A stretch of 64,000 nucleotides of DNA from Macrostomum lignano (lineage: Eukaryota), in contig NIVC01001777.1 in NCBI GenBank assembly GCA_002269645.1, positions 29,429 to 93,428 of the forward strand, read 5' to 3'. This document shows positions 1-30,984 of the stretch, piece after piece. The notes beneath the pieces are model-generated. The model saw only the letters and a list, made by a program, of their open reading frames with translations. It made no database searches and was not told the DNA's origin. The position numbers and the translations under genes were made by a program. Positions within the stretch are counted from its first letter, which is position 1. Every line of letters starts with the position of its first letter.

Positions 1-690
1 ACAGTTCGAGCTTATAGTACAGTTTCCAGCTTATAGTATCGTTTCGAGCTTATAGTACAGTTCGAGCTTATAGTACAGTTTCGAGCTTATAGTACATTTT
101 CGAGAATATAGTTAAGTTTCGAGCTCATAGTGAAGTTTTGAGCTTATAGTGAATTTTGAGCTTATAGTGAAGTTTCGAGCTTTTAGTACAGTTTCCAGCT
201 TATAGTACATTTTCGAGATATAGTTAAGTTTCGAGCTTATAGTGAAGTTTCGAGCTTATAGTATAGTTTCGAGCTTATAATAAAGTTTCGAGCTTATAGT
301 ACAGTTCGAGCTTATAGTACAGTTTCGAGCTTATAGTACAGTTTCGAGCTTATAGTACAGTTCGAGCTTATAGTACAGTTCGAGCTTATAGTACAGTTTC
401 GAGCTTATAGTACAGTTCGAGCTTATAGTACAGTTCGAGCTTATAGTACAGTTTCGAGCTTATAGTACAGTTCGAGCTTATAGTACAGTTCGAGCTTATA
501 GTACAGTTTCGAGCTTATAGTACAGTTCGAGCTTATAGTACAGTTCGAGCTTATAGTACAGTTCGAGCTTATAGTACAGTTTCGAGCTTATAATGAAGTT
601 TAGAGCCTATAGAACAGTTTCGAGCTTATAGTGAATTTTCGAGCTTATAGTACAGTTTAGAGCTTATAGTACAGTTTCGAGCTTTTTAAT
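1..690. repeat. Intronic minisatellite, 20-21 bp unit (TTTCGAGCTTATAGTACAG)
   Basis: About 30 tandem copies read directly. Confidence 0.95.
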
Positions 691-784
691 TTTTGAGCAT
701 TTAACAATACTGGGAGCTTGTGAAATTCAGATTTTACTCGATAATCCTACAATGTCCTGTCCTCATTTATAATTGCAACCCCAG

Positions 785-19082
<18,298 letters not shown>

Positions 19083-19243
19083 CCATTTGGCAAAATATTT
19101 TCCTACCAATTTGATTCATTTGCACATGCATGTCCGATATCCACTACTGATCAATGAATGGTTACGAATTTTATCTTTGTGCAAACAGTTTTTGTTCAGA
19201 ATATAAAGTATTTTAATTGTTTGCTGTATGAGTCATTCATTGG

Positions 19244-19888
19244 TCACTGAGTGAATAGATTATTGATCCCGATCATTGGTCCTTGAGTGAATAGATTATT
19301 GATCCCGATCATTGGTCCCTGAGTGAATAGATTATTGATCCCGATCATTGGTCCTTGAGTGAATAGATTATTGATCCCGATCTTTGGTCCCTGAGTGAAT
19401 AGATTATTGATCCCGATCATTGGTCCCTGAGTGAATAGATTATTGATCCCGATCATTGGTCCCTGAGTGAATAGATTATTGATCCCGATCATTGGTCCCT
19501 GAGTGAATAGATTATTGATCCCGATCATTGGTCCCTGAGTGAATAGATTATTGATCCCGATCATTGGTCCCTGAGTGAATAGATTATTGATCCCGATCAT
19601 TGGTCCCTGAGTGAATAGATTATTGATCCCGATCATTGGTCCCTGAGTGAATAGATTATTGATCCCGATCATTGGTCCCTGAGTGAATAGATTATTGATC
19701 CCGATCATTGGTCCCTGAGTGAATAGATTATTGATCCCGATCATTGGTCCCTGAGTGAATAGATTATTGATCCCGATCATTGGTCCCTGAGTGAATAGAT
19801 TATTGATCCCGATCATTGGTCCCTGAGTGAATAGATTATTGATCCCGATCACTGGTCCCTGAGTGAATAGATTATTGATCCCGATCAT
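19244..19888. repeat. Near-perfect 36 bp tandem array just 3' of the WDFY3 stop
   Basis: CATTGGTCCCTGAGTGAATAGATTATTGATCCCGAT about 18 times, no spacers. Confidence 0.97.
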
Positions 19889-21259
19889 TTGATATCACAT
19901 CTGTAACCAATACTGTGATTTAGATATTGTTATTAATAATTTAATTATTAAATTGTGGGCATTCACTAATATTTCTAATTCGTATTTTTCTGTTTTGAAT
20001 TCCTTTATTAAAAGAAAAAAAACATTCGCTAAATTATTCTCTGCTTTTTTAAAACATTGTTGTCATTGTAGATGATCAGTCTGTAATGTCACTGTAATAT
20101 ATCACAATCCTATTGCTATACGTAGAGTGTTGTCTTGATGTTGTTCTCCTGAACATTTTTTCTGTGCAACAGTCAACAGAGAAATCTCATTGACAGTACA
20201 TATTATTTGATTATAACAAATATGCCTCATATGGGTAATTTATATCTGCAATTATTACTATAACAAAAACAAATATTGTGAATAAATTAATTTTTCTTCC
20301 CACTAAATCCACCTCACAAGCATAATAAATTATTTCGATTATAATTTAATTATTACTTTACTAGCTACTGCTATTATAGTATAATCAACGTATATAATTA
20401 AAGCTGCTTATTTAATTTACTAATGTGGAAGCGCCCGTTTCAACTTGCCGATATGTTGCGTAAGCAACTTTGTATTGAGTTGAATTATCTAATAAAATAC
20501 GATAATTAGTTAATTGTTGTCGCTTTCCTGTTGTGTAATTATGATGCAGTATTAGATAATAATTAATAATTTATGAACTCTCTCTCTATTCCGTATGTAA
20601 TGCACTAATGTTTTTCTCATGCCGTGTATTTTATTACTGTCAATGACGCATCAGTTAGTAGTATAAATGCACATTCAATGTATTTTAATATTTAAATAGT
20701 TAGATCATTCTCTACTTTGTTCATAGGTAGTTTTATAGAGGATGTTGTTTATTCCATAATATTCCACCTCTTATACTATCAAATAAGTAATTTTATCCTG
20801 CTCTACTTGCGTTGCTACTAGTAGTACTATAGTCCGGTTTTTCTTGTTCAATAATTTATTTCTGTGCAATGTTTTTCGGGAAGAACTTTCACTCTAATCC
20901 AGATCAATCATTTCAAATTGAAAGAAAATGATTATTTAGTAAATGCACTGCACTCAAAATGTGCGCTTAAGTACGGTCGTATGTGCGTAAAAATAAATAT
21001 ATATTATTGAATATATTATACATTTAGATTATGAAACGCTCAGTTATAGCTAGCGTTTCATAAATGTTTGTGACTTTTATTTTCAGTTCATATATATTGT
21101 TAAAAATTGTTTGCGTTTTTTCTGCTGATTTCAGCCCTACAAAATGTCTCTCAGCTTTGTCTGTTCACCGAATGATTTTTCTAGAAAATGTGTCTAATAT
21201 CGTCTTTAGATGTGTCTCTAGAGCAGCCGTTATTGAAATGTTTCTTTACAGCCACCTTT

Positions 21260-22300
21260 AGATTTGTCTCTAGAATTGTTTTTAGGTGTCTCTCTAGAGC
21301 CAGATTTAGATGTGTCTCTAGAATAGTCTTTAGATGTGTCTAAAATCGCTTTGATTTAGATAAGTCTCTAGATCCGCCTTTTGATGTTTCTAGAATCGCC
21401 TTTATTTAGATATGTCTCTAGATCCGCCTTTAGATGTTTCTAGAATCGCCTTTATTTAGATATGTCTCTAGATCCGCCTTTAGATGTTTCTAGAATCGCC
21501 TTTATTTAGATATGTCTCTAGATCCGCCTTTAGATGTGTCTAGAATCGCCTTTATTTAGATATGTCTCTAGATCCGCCTTTTGATGTGTCTAGAATCGCC
21601 TTTATTTAGATATGTCTCTAGAGTAGTCTTTAGATGTCTCTAGAATCGCCTTTATTTAGATATGTCTCTAGAGTAGTCTTTAGATGTCTCTAGAATCGCT
21701 TTGATTTAGATAAGTCTCTAGATCCGCCTTTAGATGTGTCTAGAATCGCTTTAATTTAGATGTGTCTCTAGATCCGCCTTTTGATGTGTCTAGAATCGCT
21801 TTAATTTAGATGTGTCTCTAGATCCGCCTTTTGATGTGTCTAGAATCGCTTTGATTTAGATGCGTCTCTAGATCCGCCTTTTGATGTGTCTAGAATCGCT
21901 TTGATTTAGATATGTCTCTAGATCCGCCTTTTGATGTGTCTAGAATCGCTTTGATTTAGATATGTCTCTAGATCCGCCTTTAGATGTGTCTAGAATCGCC
22001 TTTATTGAGATATGTCTCTAGATCCGCCTTTAAATGTGTCTAGAATCGCCTTTATTTAGATGCGTCTCTAGATCCGCCTTTTGATGTGTCTAGAATCGCT
22101 TTGATTTAGATATGTCTCTAGATCCGCCTTTTGATGTGTCTAGAATCGCTTTGATTTAGATATGTCTCTAGATCCGCCTTTTGATGTGTCTAGAATCGCC
22201 TTTATTGAGATATGTCTCTAGATCCGCCTTTAGATGTGTCTAGAATCGCCTTTATTTAGATATGTCTCTAGAGTAGTCTTTAGATGTGTCTCTAGAGTTA
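21260..22300. repeat. ~50 bp dimeric minisatellite rich in TCTAGA
   Basis: TAGATATGTCTCTAGATCCGCCTT + TAGATGTTTCTAGAATCGCCTTTATT units; flanked by a ~28 bp direct repeat (TAGAGCAGCCGTTATT..AAATG) near 21218 and 22317. Confidence 0.9.
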
Positions 22301-22474
22301 TCTTCAGGTGTGTCTTTAGAGCAGCCGTTATTTAAATGCGTCTCTATAAAAATGAAATTCTATTTGCATCAATTTTCACTTATATCTCACAATGTTTCAG
22401 CCAGCAAAACTCTGCTTTAGTGCGCATTAAAACAAACAAATTAAAGGTGCAAGCAAACCTGCAGAGCGGCAGCT

Positions 22475-24438
22475 ATGGCCAGCATGCCGGAATTCCAGAT
22501 GCCCAAGGGCTCCTACAATCCGCTCAATAAGCGCATTGTTTACGTTGGCGGCTTAGCCGACGAAGTTGATCAGAAAGTTTTACACGCCGCCTTCATTCCG
22601 TTTGGTGACATTGTGGACATTTCTATCCCGCTGGACTACCAGTCTAGCAAGCACCGCGGCTTCGCTTTCGTTGAATTCGAATCTGCCGAGGATGCCGCCG
22701 CCGCTATCGATAATATGAACGAGGGAGAGCTCTACGGCCGCACTCTGCGCGTCAATATTGCCAGGTGCGTCTGTGGGATTAGACAGGTGCACAGCCTCCC
22801 AGTTCCTCAGTTGCTGGGCCAGCTTCCCAGAGTGTCAGTTGCTGGTCCAACCTCCCAGATCCTCAGTTGCTGGGCCAGCATCCCAGATCCTCAGTTGCTG
22901 GGCCAGCTTCCCAGAGTGTCAGTTGCTGGGCCAGCCTCCCAGTTCCTCAGTTGCTGGGCCAGCCTCCCAGATCCTCAGTTGCTGGGCCAGCTTCCCAGAG
23001 TGTCAGTTGCTGAGCCAGCCTCCCAGATCCTCAGTTGCTGGGCCAGCTTCACAGATCCTCAGTTGCTGGGCCAGCCCCCCAGATTCTCAGTTGCTGGGCC
23101 AGCCCCCCAGATCCTCAGTTGCTGGGCCAGCCCCCCAGATTCTCAGTTGCTGGGCCAGCCCCCCAGATTCTCAGTTGCTGGGCCAGCTTCACAGATCCTC
23201 AGTTGCTGGGCCAGCCCCCCAGATTCTCAGTTGCTGGGCCAGCCCCCCAGATTCTCAGTTGCTGGGCCAGCCCCCCAGATCCTCAGTTGCTGGGCCAGCC
23301 CCCCAGATTCTCAGTTGCTGGGCCAGCCCCCCAGATTCTCAGTTGCTGGGCCAGCTTCACAGATCCTCAGTTGCTGGGCCAGCCCCCAGATTCTCAGTTG
23401 CTGGGCCAGCCCCCCAGATCCTCAGTTGCTGGGCCAGCCCCCCAGATTCTCAGTTGCTGGGCCAGCCCCCCAGATTCTCAGTTGCTGGGCCAGCCCCCCA
23501 GATTCTCAGTTGCAGGGCCAGCATCCCAAATCGTCAGTTGCTGAGCCAGCATCCCAAATCGTCAGTTGCTGGGCCAGCCTCCCAGATCCTCAGTTGCTGG
23601 GCCAGCATCCCAAATCGTCAGTTGCTAGGCCAGCCTTCGAGATGCTTAGTGGCGACCTTTCTAGACTAATAAGGATTAACAGGGTGAGGCCATCATCACC
23701 AAACCCCTCACCCCTCGCAGGCCGGTGCGCATTCGCGAAGGCTGGGGCCGGCCAGTCTGGTCAGACGACAACTGGTTGAAGAAATTCGGCGGCGCCACTC
23801 TGCAGAATCGGCCTGATGGCGAGGCTGCCGATGGCAACGGGGGCGGCTCCGCAGCGGCAGCAGAAGTATCTTCAGAAAAGCCAGCAGAAGCGGCCGCCGC
23901 TTCTACAGACAGCCAGCCAGCCGCTAAGCGTTCAAAGACAGGCGGTGGAAATCCTCGGGTTTACCTGGACATCAGCATTGGCGGCCGATCGGCAGGTAGA
24001 ATCGTTGCCGAATTGCGCAACGACGTTGTGCCAAAGACCGCCGAGAATTTCCGCTGTCTGTGCAGCCACGAGCGCGGATTCGGGTTCAGGGGCTCGAAGT
24101 TTCATCGAATCATACCCGGCTTCATGTGCCAGGGCGGCGACTTCACTAAAGGCAACGGCACTGGCGGCAAGTCCATCTACGGGGAGAAGTTTCCAGACGA
24201 GAATTTCACGCTCAGACACACCGGCCCTGGCGTGCTGTCTATGGCCAATAGCGGCCCAAACACTAACGGCTCGCAGTTCTTCATCTGCACTGAAGCCACG
24301 GTCTGGCTGGATAATAAGCACGTAGTGTTTGGCCGGGTGGTTGAAGGCATGCCAGTTGTAAGAAAAATGGAATCCATGGGGTCCAAATCTGGGAAGCCTA
24401 GTCAACCAGTGGTTGTTGAGGATTGCGGCGAACTATGA
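22475..24438 (+). CDS. PPIE: Peptidyl-prolyl isomerase E (Cyp33; RRM + cyclophilin), 2 exons 22475-22764 and 23721-24438
   Basis: [12 protein letters not shown]...HRGFAFVEF; linker [13 protein letters not shown]; cyclophilin [16 protein letters not shown] and [15 protein letters not shown]; GT-AG intron in phase 2. Confidence 0.96.
22795..23630. repeat. PPIE intronic minisatellite, ~27 bp unit (CCCAGATTCTCAGTTGCTGGGCCAGCC)
   Basis: Same family as 13575-13995. Confidence 0.94.
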
Positions 24439-24962
24439 GTTCAAAAATTGTGCTGTAACTTTTGTACTTTCTTATTTTACTGTGTCGTTTAACAGTAGAA
24501 CATAGTGCTATAGTACATATTAGCCCGCCCTCACATTACGGATCAGAAGTGGTGTACATGTATTAATCTATTTACCTATCCTTGATATAAAGTTTAAACT
24601 CGTTAAGCTTAATTTTTTACCCACTCTAATAGCATATTTCAAATTCAGACCAGAACAATTAAGGTCATGTCAATTTAGTGCGCTAACTCTCGAGTTGTAA
24701 AAGTACAATGCATCCAGTTGTTGCATATTTGTCAGTTTGTTGCGCTGAAATCTTTTTTTTCTTCAAATAAACTGATTCCCGAGAGCGGCTTATGCATTTC
24801 GCGTTTACATAAACAATACTTCCGTTTTTTCTTTGATAATTTATAAAACTCATTTGCATTAAAATACAATTCGTTTGTGCCTCGTGAAATGAACATTCAC
24901 CGTTAAGTTTCCCCTCACCGATTTCAGTAACAAACAATTCACAATCGAAAAGTCACATCAAC

Positions 24963-25613
24963 ATGAGCTGTCTGCATTCCTGTCCGTTCTGTTCGAAGAG
25001 CTTCTCCCAATCGCGTGCATCTCAGGCTCTGTACCTGCGTCACGTGCAGTCTCACTCCGTGGACTGCGACTCTGAGCCTGAGTCAGTTCGAACTCCTGCC
25101 GGACGGAAGTCTTACGAGTGCCAGGTGTGCGGCAAGAAGTTCAATCGTTCAGATAGGCTCTCTTATCATGTAATACGGCACACAGTTGAAAAACCTTACA
25201 AGTGCCAGGTGTGCGGCAAGAATTTCTGTAGTCCAAATGGTCTCTCTTATCATGTAAGACGGCACACAGGTGAAAAACCTTACAAGTGCCAGGTGTGCGG
25301 CAAGAATTTCTGTAGTCCAAATGGTCTCTCTTGTCATGTAAGACTGCACACAGGTGAGCGGCCTTACCCATGCCAGGTGTGCGGCAAGAAGTTCAATGAT
25401 TCAAATTCTCTCACCCGTCATATCAGTTTGCACACAGGTGAAAGGCCTTACGAATGCCAGGTGTGCGGCAAGAAGTTCAATCGTTCAGATAGGCTCACTT
25501 ATCATGTAAGACGGCACACAGGTGAAAAACCCTACCAGTGCCAGGTGTGCGGCAAGAAGTTCAGTAATCCAGATTCTCTCGCCCCTCATATTAGACGCCA
25601 TCACGGTCGGTAA
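24963..25613 (+). CDS. C2H2 zinc-finger protein, paralog 1 (atypical N-terminal finger + 6 tandem fingers)
   Basis: CQVCGKxF...HxxxH repeats with TGEKPY linkers; single exon of 216 aa. Confidence 0.9.
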   Translation: MSCLHSCPFCSKSFSQSRASQALYLRHVQSHSVDCDSEPESVRTPAGRKSYECQVCGKKFNRSDRLSYHVIRHTVEKPYKCQVCGKNFCSPNGLSYHVRRHTGEKPYKCQVCGKNFCSPNGLSCHVRLHTGERPYPCQVCGKKFNDSNSLTRHISLHTGERPYECQVCGKKFNRSDRLTYHVRRHTGEKPYQCQVCGKKFSNPDSLAPHIRRHHGR

Positions 25614-26509
25614 CTTGTCGAATCAATCGAGCAGCAAACAGGCGAAAGGGCTTAGCCAATGCAGTGTTCTTCGAGACGTTTTCTTAAGATTCTCAAGTTT
25701 GTGTGAATTTCATGTTTAATTTCTTTGTGTGACTAATGCTCTGGCTTCCTGTTTCGTGGTGCAAGCTCGTCTTTTCTAATGTACATCATTTGCTATTACA
25801 TTTAAAGTAGGTAATACTACCATGTAACGGTATTCACATATAAGTCGTGATACATGTACGTTTGCTAGCTTTTTGCATGAATCCTAGTTCTTTTTGGTCA
25901 ATTCGTGCAATTTTCTTGCTAGTGGTGAAACAGTTTATTCGCTAACTTGCTAGGGAAACGTCACAAATATCTCAAGTTTTGCAAACAGAAAAAAAGTTAT
26001 CGAGGTTAGCAAAGCATGTGAGCGTAACTCATAGGATGTCTTGATCGGTGAGACAGCGGATGCTATATCATGTTTTGCATTTCAATTTTTACGTATTTCG
26101 TAGTTTGAAGCGAAGTTCGGATCGTTTCAATTGTCTTTAATTTCTCCAAATCAAATTATTTGCTTACTACTTGCATCATTCAAATCCAGAAAAGGACAAT
26201 TCAGGTCAATTTAGTGCGCTAATTCTCGACTTGTAAAAGTACATTGAATCTGGCGTGTTGCATTTTTATCAGTTTGTTGTGCTGAATTCTTATTTTTACT
26301 CGTAAATAAACTGAGCCCCGAGAACGGCTTATGCATTTCGCGTTTACACACACAATACTTCAATTTCCCTCAATAAATTTCTGATTGAATTGCATTAGAA
26401 TCCAAGTAGTTTGCGCTTCATGAAATCAGCACTGGCCTTTACATTTAACTCTGTTTCCCTTCACCGATTTCAGTAGCAAACAATTCAAAATCAAAGAGGC
26501 ACGACAAAC

Positions 26510-26919
26510 ATGAGCTGTCTGCATTCCTGTCCGGTCTGTTCGAAGAGCTTCTCCCAATCGCGTGCATCTGCAGCGCTGTTCCTGCATCACGTGCAGTCTC
26601 ACTCCGTGGACTTCGACTCGGAGCCTGAGTCAGTTCGACCTACCGGACGGAAGTCTTACGAGTGCCAGGTGTGCGGCAAGAAGTTCAAGGATCCAACTTC
26701 TGTACCCCGTCATTTAAAGCTGCACACAGGTGAAAAACCTTACCAGTGCCAGGTGTGCAGCAAGAAGTTCAAGGATCCAACTTCTGTACCCCGTCATTTA
26801 AAGCTGCACACAGGTGAAAGCCTCACCAGTGCCAGGTGTGCGACAAGAAGTTCTGTAGTTCAAATGGTCTCTCTTACCATGTAAGACGGCACACAGGTGG
26901 CATGCCTTACCAATGTTAA
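26510..26919 (+). pseudogene. C2H2 zinc-finger paralog 2, frameshifted at ~26817 (may be an assembly error)
   Basis: Same N-terminus as paralog 1; ggtgaaagcctcaccagtgc lacks one base relative to GE-K-P-x-QC; a third finger lies in the shifted frame and ends TGTTAA. Confidence 0.65.
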
Positions 26920-27569
26920 GGCTTGCAGCAAGGTCACCACGATCGGTAACTTATCGAAACAATCGAGCGTGCATAAAGGCGAAAGGGCTTGGCCTATGCA
27001 GTGCGCTTGCAGTGTGCAGTGCAGAAGTTTACAAAGATTCCAAAGTTTGTGTGCATTTCATGTTTAATTTCTTTTTGTCTGAATATTTCTCTGGCTTCCT
27101 ATTTTATCTGTGCAAGCTCGTTTATTCTAATTTACATCATTTAGTATTACATTTACAATAGGTAACACTACAATGTAACAGTATGCGCATGATGCTTTTG
27201 CAAGCTTTTTGAATGAAACGTTATTTTTGTTATCTGTTTTTGTATCGATTTATGATTCATTATTTCAAAATTAGTTCAATTATTGTTTTTAAATTTAGGT
27301 TCGGGGAATCACGTTCAAATAATCTTTGGAGTGAGAAGGATCTAGGACTCCCTGTCTCCTCAATCCTTGTAAATCGACTGTCACATTCGTTGTTTTGAAA
27401 TATGGCGCTGTCTTACTACTTTCTTTTTTGCTTTTAATACGAACCAGTTTTTTCTTGTGCATGTAAAATCCTTAAAAAATTAAACTAATATACAATACTA
27501 AGGCAGTTCACTGACTGTCAGTATTGTTTACGAAACCGTATATTATGAAGTTCTGTTTTCCAATGTCAG

Positions 27570-29375
27570 GGTCTAGGACTCCCTGTCTCCTCACTCCATA
27601 TATTAGTGTCTATGACTCCCTGTCTCCTCACTCCATATATTAGTGTCTATGACTCCCTGTCTCCTCACTCCATATATTAGTGTCTATGACTCCCTGTCTC
27701 CTCACTCCATATATTAGTGTCTATGACTCCCTGTCTCCTCACTCCATATATTAGTGTCTATGACTCCCTGTCTCCTCACTCCATATATTAGTGTCTATGA
27801 CTCCCTGTCTCCTCACTCCATATATTAGTGTCTATGACTCCCTGTCTCCTCACTCCATATATTAGTGTCTATGACTCCCTGTCTCCTCACTCCAGATGCT
27901 AGTGTGTCTAGGACTCCCTGTCTCCTCACTCCAGATGCTAGTGTGTCTAGGACTCCCTATCTCCTCACTCCAGATGTTAGTGTGTCTAGGACTCCCTGTC
28001 TCCTCACTCCAGATGCTAGTGTGTCTAGGACTCCCTGTCTCCTCACTCCAAATGCTAGTGTGTCTAGGACTCCCTGTCTCCTCACTCCAGATGCTAGTGT
28101 GTCTAGGACTCCCTGTCTCCTCACTCCAAATGCTAGTGTGTCTAGGACTCCCTGTCTCCTCACTCCAGATGCTAGTGTGTCTAGGACTCCCTGTCTCCTC
28201 ACTCCAGATGCTAGTGTGTCTAGGACTCCCTATCTCCTCACTCCAGATGTTAGTGTGTCTAGGACTCCCTGTCTCCTCACTCCAGATGCTAGTGTGTCTA
28301 GGACTCCCTATCTCCTCACTCCAGATGCTAGTGTGTCTAGGACTCCCTGTCTCCTCACTCCAAATGCTAGTGTGTCTAGGACTCCCTGTCTCCTCACTCT
28401 AGATGCTAGTGTGTCTAGGACTCCCTGTCTCCTCACTCCAGATGTTAGTGTGTCTAGGACTCCCTGTCTCCTCACTCCAGATATTAGTGTGTCTACGATT
28501 CCCTGTCTCCTCACTCCAGATGTTAGTGTGTCTAGGACTCCCTGTCTCCTCACTCCAGATGTTAGTGTGTCTAGGACTCCCTGTCTCCTCACTCCAGATG
28601 TTAGTGTGTCTAGGACTCCCTGTCTCCTCACTCCAGATGCTAGTGTGTCTGAACTCCCTGTCTCCTCACTCTAGATGCTAGTGTGTCTAGGACTCCCTGT
28701 CTCCTCACTCCAGATGTTAGTGTGTCTAGGACTCCCTGTCTCCTCACTCCAGATGTTAGTGTGTCTAGGACTCCATGTCCCTTCACTCCAGATATTAGTG
28801 TGTCTACGATTCCCTGTCTCCTCACTCCAGATGTTAGTGTGTCTAGGACTCCCTGTCTCCTCACTCCAGATGCTAGTGTGTCTGAACTCCCTGTCTCCTC
28901 ACTCCAGATGCTAGTGTGTCTGAACTCCCTGTCTCCTCACTCCAGATGTTAGTGTGTCTAGGACTCCATGTCCCTTCACTCCAGATATTAGTGTGTCTAC
29001 GATTCCCTGTCTCCTCACTCCAGATGTTAGTGTGTCTAGGACTCCCTGTCTCCTCACTCCAGATGCTAGTGTGTCTGAACTCCCTGTCTCCTCACTCCAG
29101 ATGCTAGTGTGTCTGAACTCCCTGTCTCCTCACTCCAGATGCTAGTGTGTCTGAACTCCCTGTCTCCTCACTCCAGATGCTAGTGTGTCTAGGACTCCCT
29201 GTCTCCTCACTCCAGATTTTAGTGTCTAGTAGGACTCCCTGTCTTCTCACTCCAGATTTTAGTGTCTAGTAGGACTCCCTGTCTTCTCACTCCAGATTTT
29301 AGTGTCTAGTAGGACTCCCTGTCTTCTCACTCCAGATTTTAGTGTCTAGTAGGACTCCCTGTCTTCTCACTCCAG
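27570..29375. repeat. 37-40 bp minisatellite (GGACTCCCTGTCTCCTCACTCCAGATGCTAGTGTGTCTA) arranged in variant zones
   Basis: Read directly; homologous to 31995-32635. Confidence 0.95.
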
Positions 29376-29439
29376 CTGTACTCTTTTGACTATTTGGTTT
29401 GGTGAATTGAGGTAACTGAACTTATATTGAATCCCGCAG

Positions 29440-30030
29440 CATTGTCCAGTCGCACTACTGACTCTATCGCTGCTATTAAGTAGCAGGCATTGTGAGGCTG
29501 AAGAGCTGCCAATTGTTGATCGAGCTGGATTGAATTATCAATCGCAGGTGTATAACGAATCTACTGGCGATGTCTACTATCCCGAGGGTCCCCTGCTGCC
29601 CTGTCGTTTGCTGCCGCCAGATCTAGTAAAGTGCAACCCGCCGCTAGACCTAAAAGGCAATGTCAGCCTGAAAGACTCTCTAGGTCACGGCTGCACTAAA
29701 TGGGGCGGTCAAAGTTATCACAAAGTTGAGCACACTAAACTGCAGTGCTTCGCCTTGCAAGACATCGAATGCTACGGCAATAGGACCTTCCTGCGCGGCC
29801 GGGCGCCCTGTTTAAAGTACAGCGGGCACTATTTCCTCACCACTCTGTTGTACTCGGTGTTCCTAGGCTTCCTAGCCATAGACAGATTCTGTCTGGGACA
29901 CACTGGCGCCGCTATTGGCAAGATGCTCTGCCTTGGCGGCTTCGGCATCTGGTGGATTGTGGACATCATTCTACTGTGCACTGGTAGTCTGAGGCCAGCT
30001 GATGAGAGCAGCTGGGTGCCTTATTATTGA
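29440..30030 (+). CDS. TM2D2: TM2 domain-containing protein 2 (amaretto-like); no in-exon start codon
   Basis: GCTKWGGQ, C-KYSGHYFLTTLLYSVFLGFLAIDRFCLGH, GGFGIWWIVDIILL; frame is open from acceptor cccgcag (29439) through signal-peptide-like HCPVALLTLSLLLSSRHCEA. Confidence 0.9.
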   Translation, partial: HCPVALLTLSLLLSSRHCEAEELPIVDRAGLNYQSQVYNESTGDVYYPEGPLLPCRLLPPDLVKCNPPLDLKGNVSLKDSLGHGCTKWGGQSYHKVEHTKLQCFALQDIECYGNRTFLRGRAPCLKYSGHYFLTTLLYSVFLGFLAIDRFCLGHTGAAIGKMLCLGGFGIWWIVDIILLCTGSLRPADESSWVPYY

Positions 30031-30984
30031 TGTAGCTCGAATTTGTGAACTCGCTATATTTTCTTTGAAATTGACTTTTTTTTTATTTATGCGCTGCAGG
30101 AAAAAAGCATTGGTTCTTGGCAACGCAAATCTTGGCGGGAAATTAGTCTGCGGGCAATTCCCATGGACCCGAATTATTGTTTTAAATATTTTGTACTAAA
30201 AAGTTCAAAAGTAACTCTTTTATGTAATATTGAGTGAAAATATTCTTTGGAAACATTTGAGTCTTTTAAAATATGTATCTTTTATGAATCATATATATAT
30301 ATGAATAGAAATTTCAGAATAATGATTCAATGAAACCTTAGCATTGTAGTTGACATCAGTGGCATAACTTTTAAATATCAAACAAAAAATAAAATCATTT
30401 GTGTGCATGTTTTTTATTTTTTAGTCAGCTTGTAATTTTGTGTTTAAAATTTCCACTGAACTAACTTATGTTCAATGTAGATACGACTGTGACTGTAAAT
30501 TTTCTTGACTTGTGTTAAAAATACTTTTACTCGTAAATCTTCACATTCATGTGGTTTGATTGATGTGGCGATTGTGTTCCTAATTATAAATACACAGTTT
30601 TCTGCGGTTTTCTATAGTGCAACGATTTTCTTGCATTGGTCTATTGACAGTAGTGATTTCATTTACAAGTATTATCGGCGATTTATAGTTATCGCTACAA
30701 AAAATTAATTGTTTTGGTAGTTTCCCTACACCTTTTATGGTCACTCCAGTTGCTATGGTAGGTAAGAGCGTAGCTAACCTGGTTGCTACGAGTATGATAA
30801 TCCCGTTGGTACTATGGTAGGTAGCTGGTTGCTACGATACTCCCCTTGCTATAGTGCCTTTCTTCTTTCTTTAAAATTCAAGTCGTTTGCGCATCCTGAA
30901 ATTAGCACTCGTCGTTTTAATTAAGTCTGTTTCCCCTCACCGATTTCAGTAACAAACAATTCACAATCGAAAAGTCACATCAAC

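Noticed and set aside
19244-19888. 36-bp direct repeats resembling a CRISPR array
   Set aside because: Units are contiguous with no unique spacers, there are no cas genes, and the context is eukaryotic
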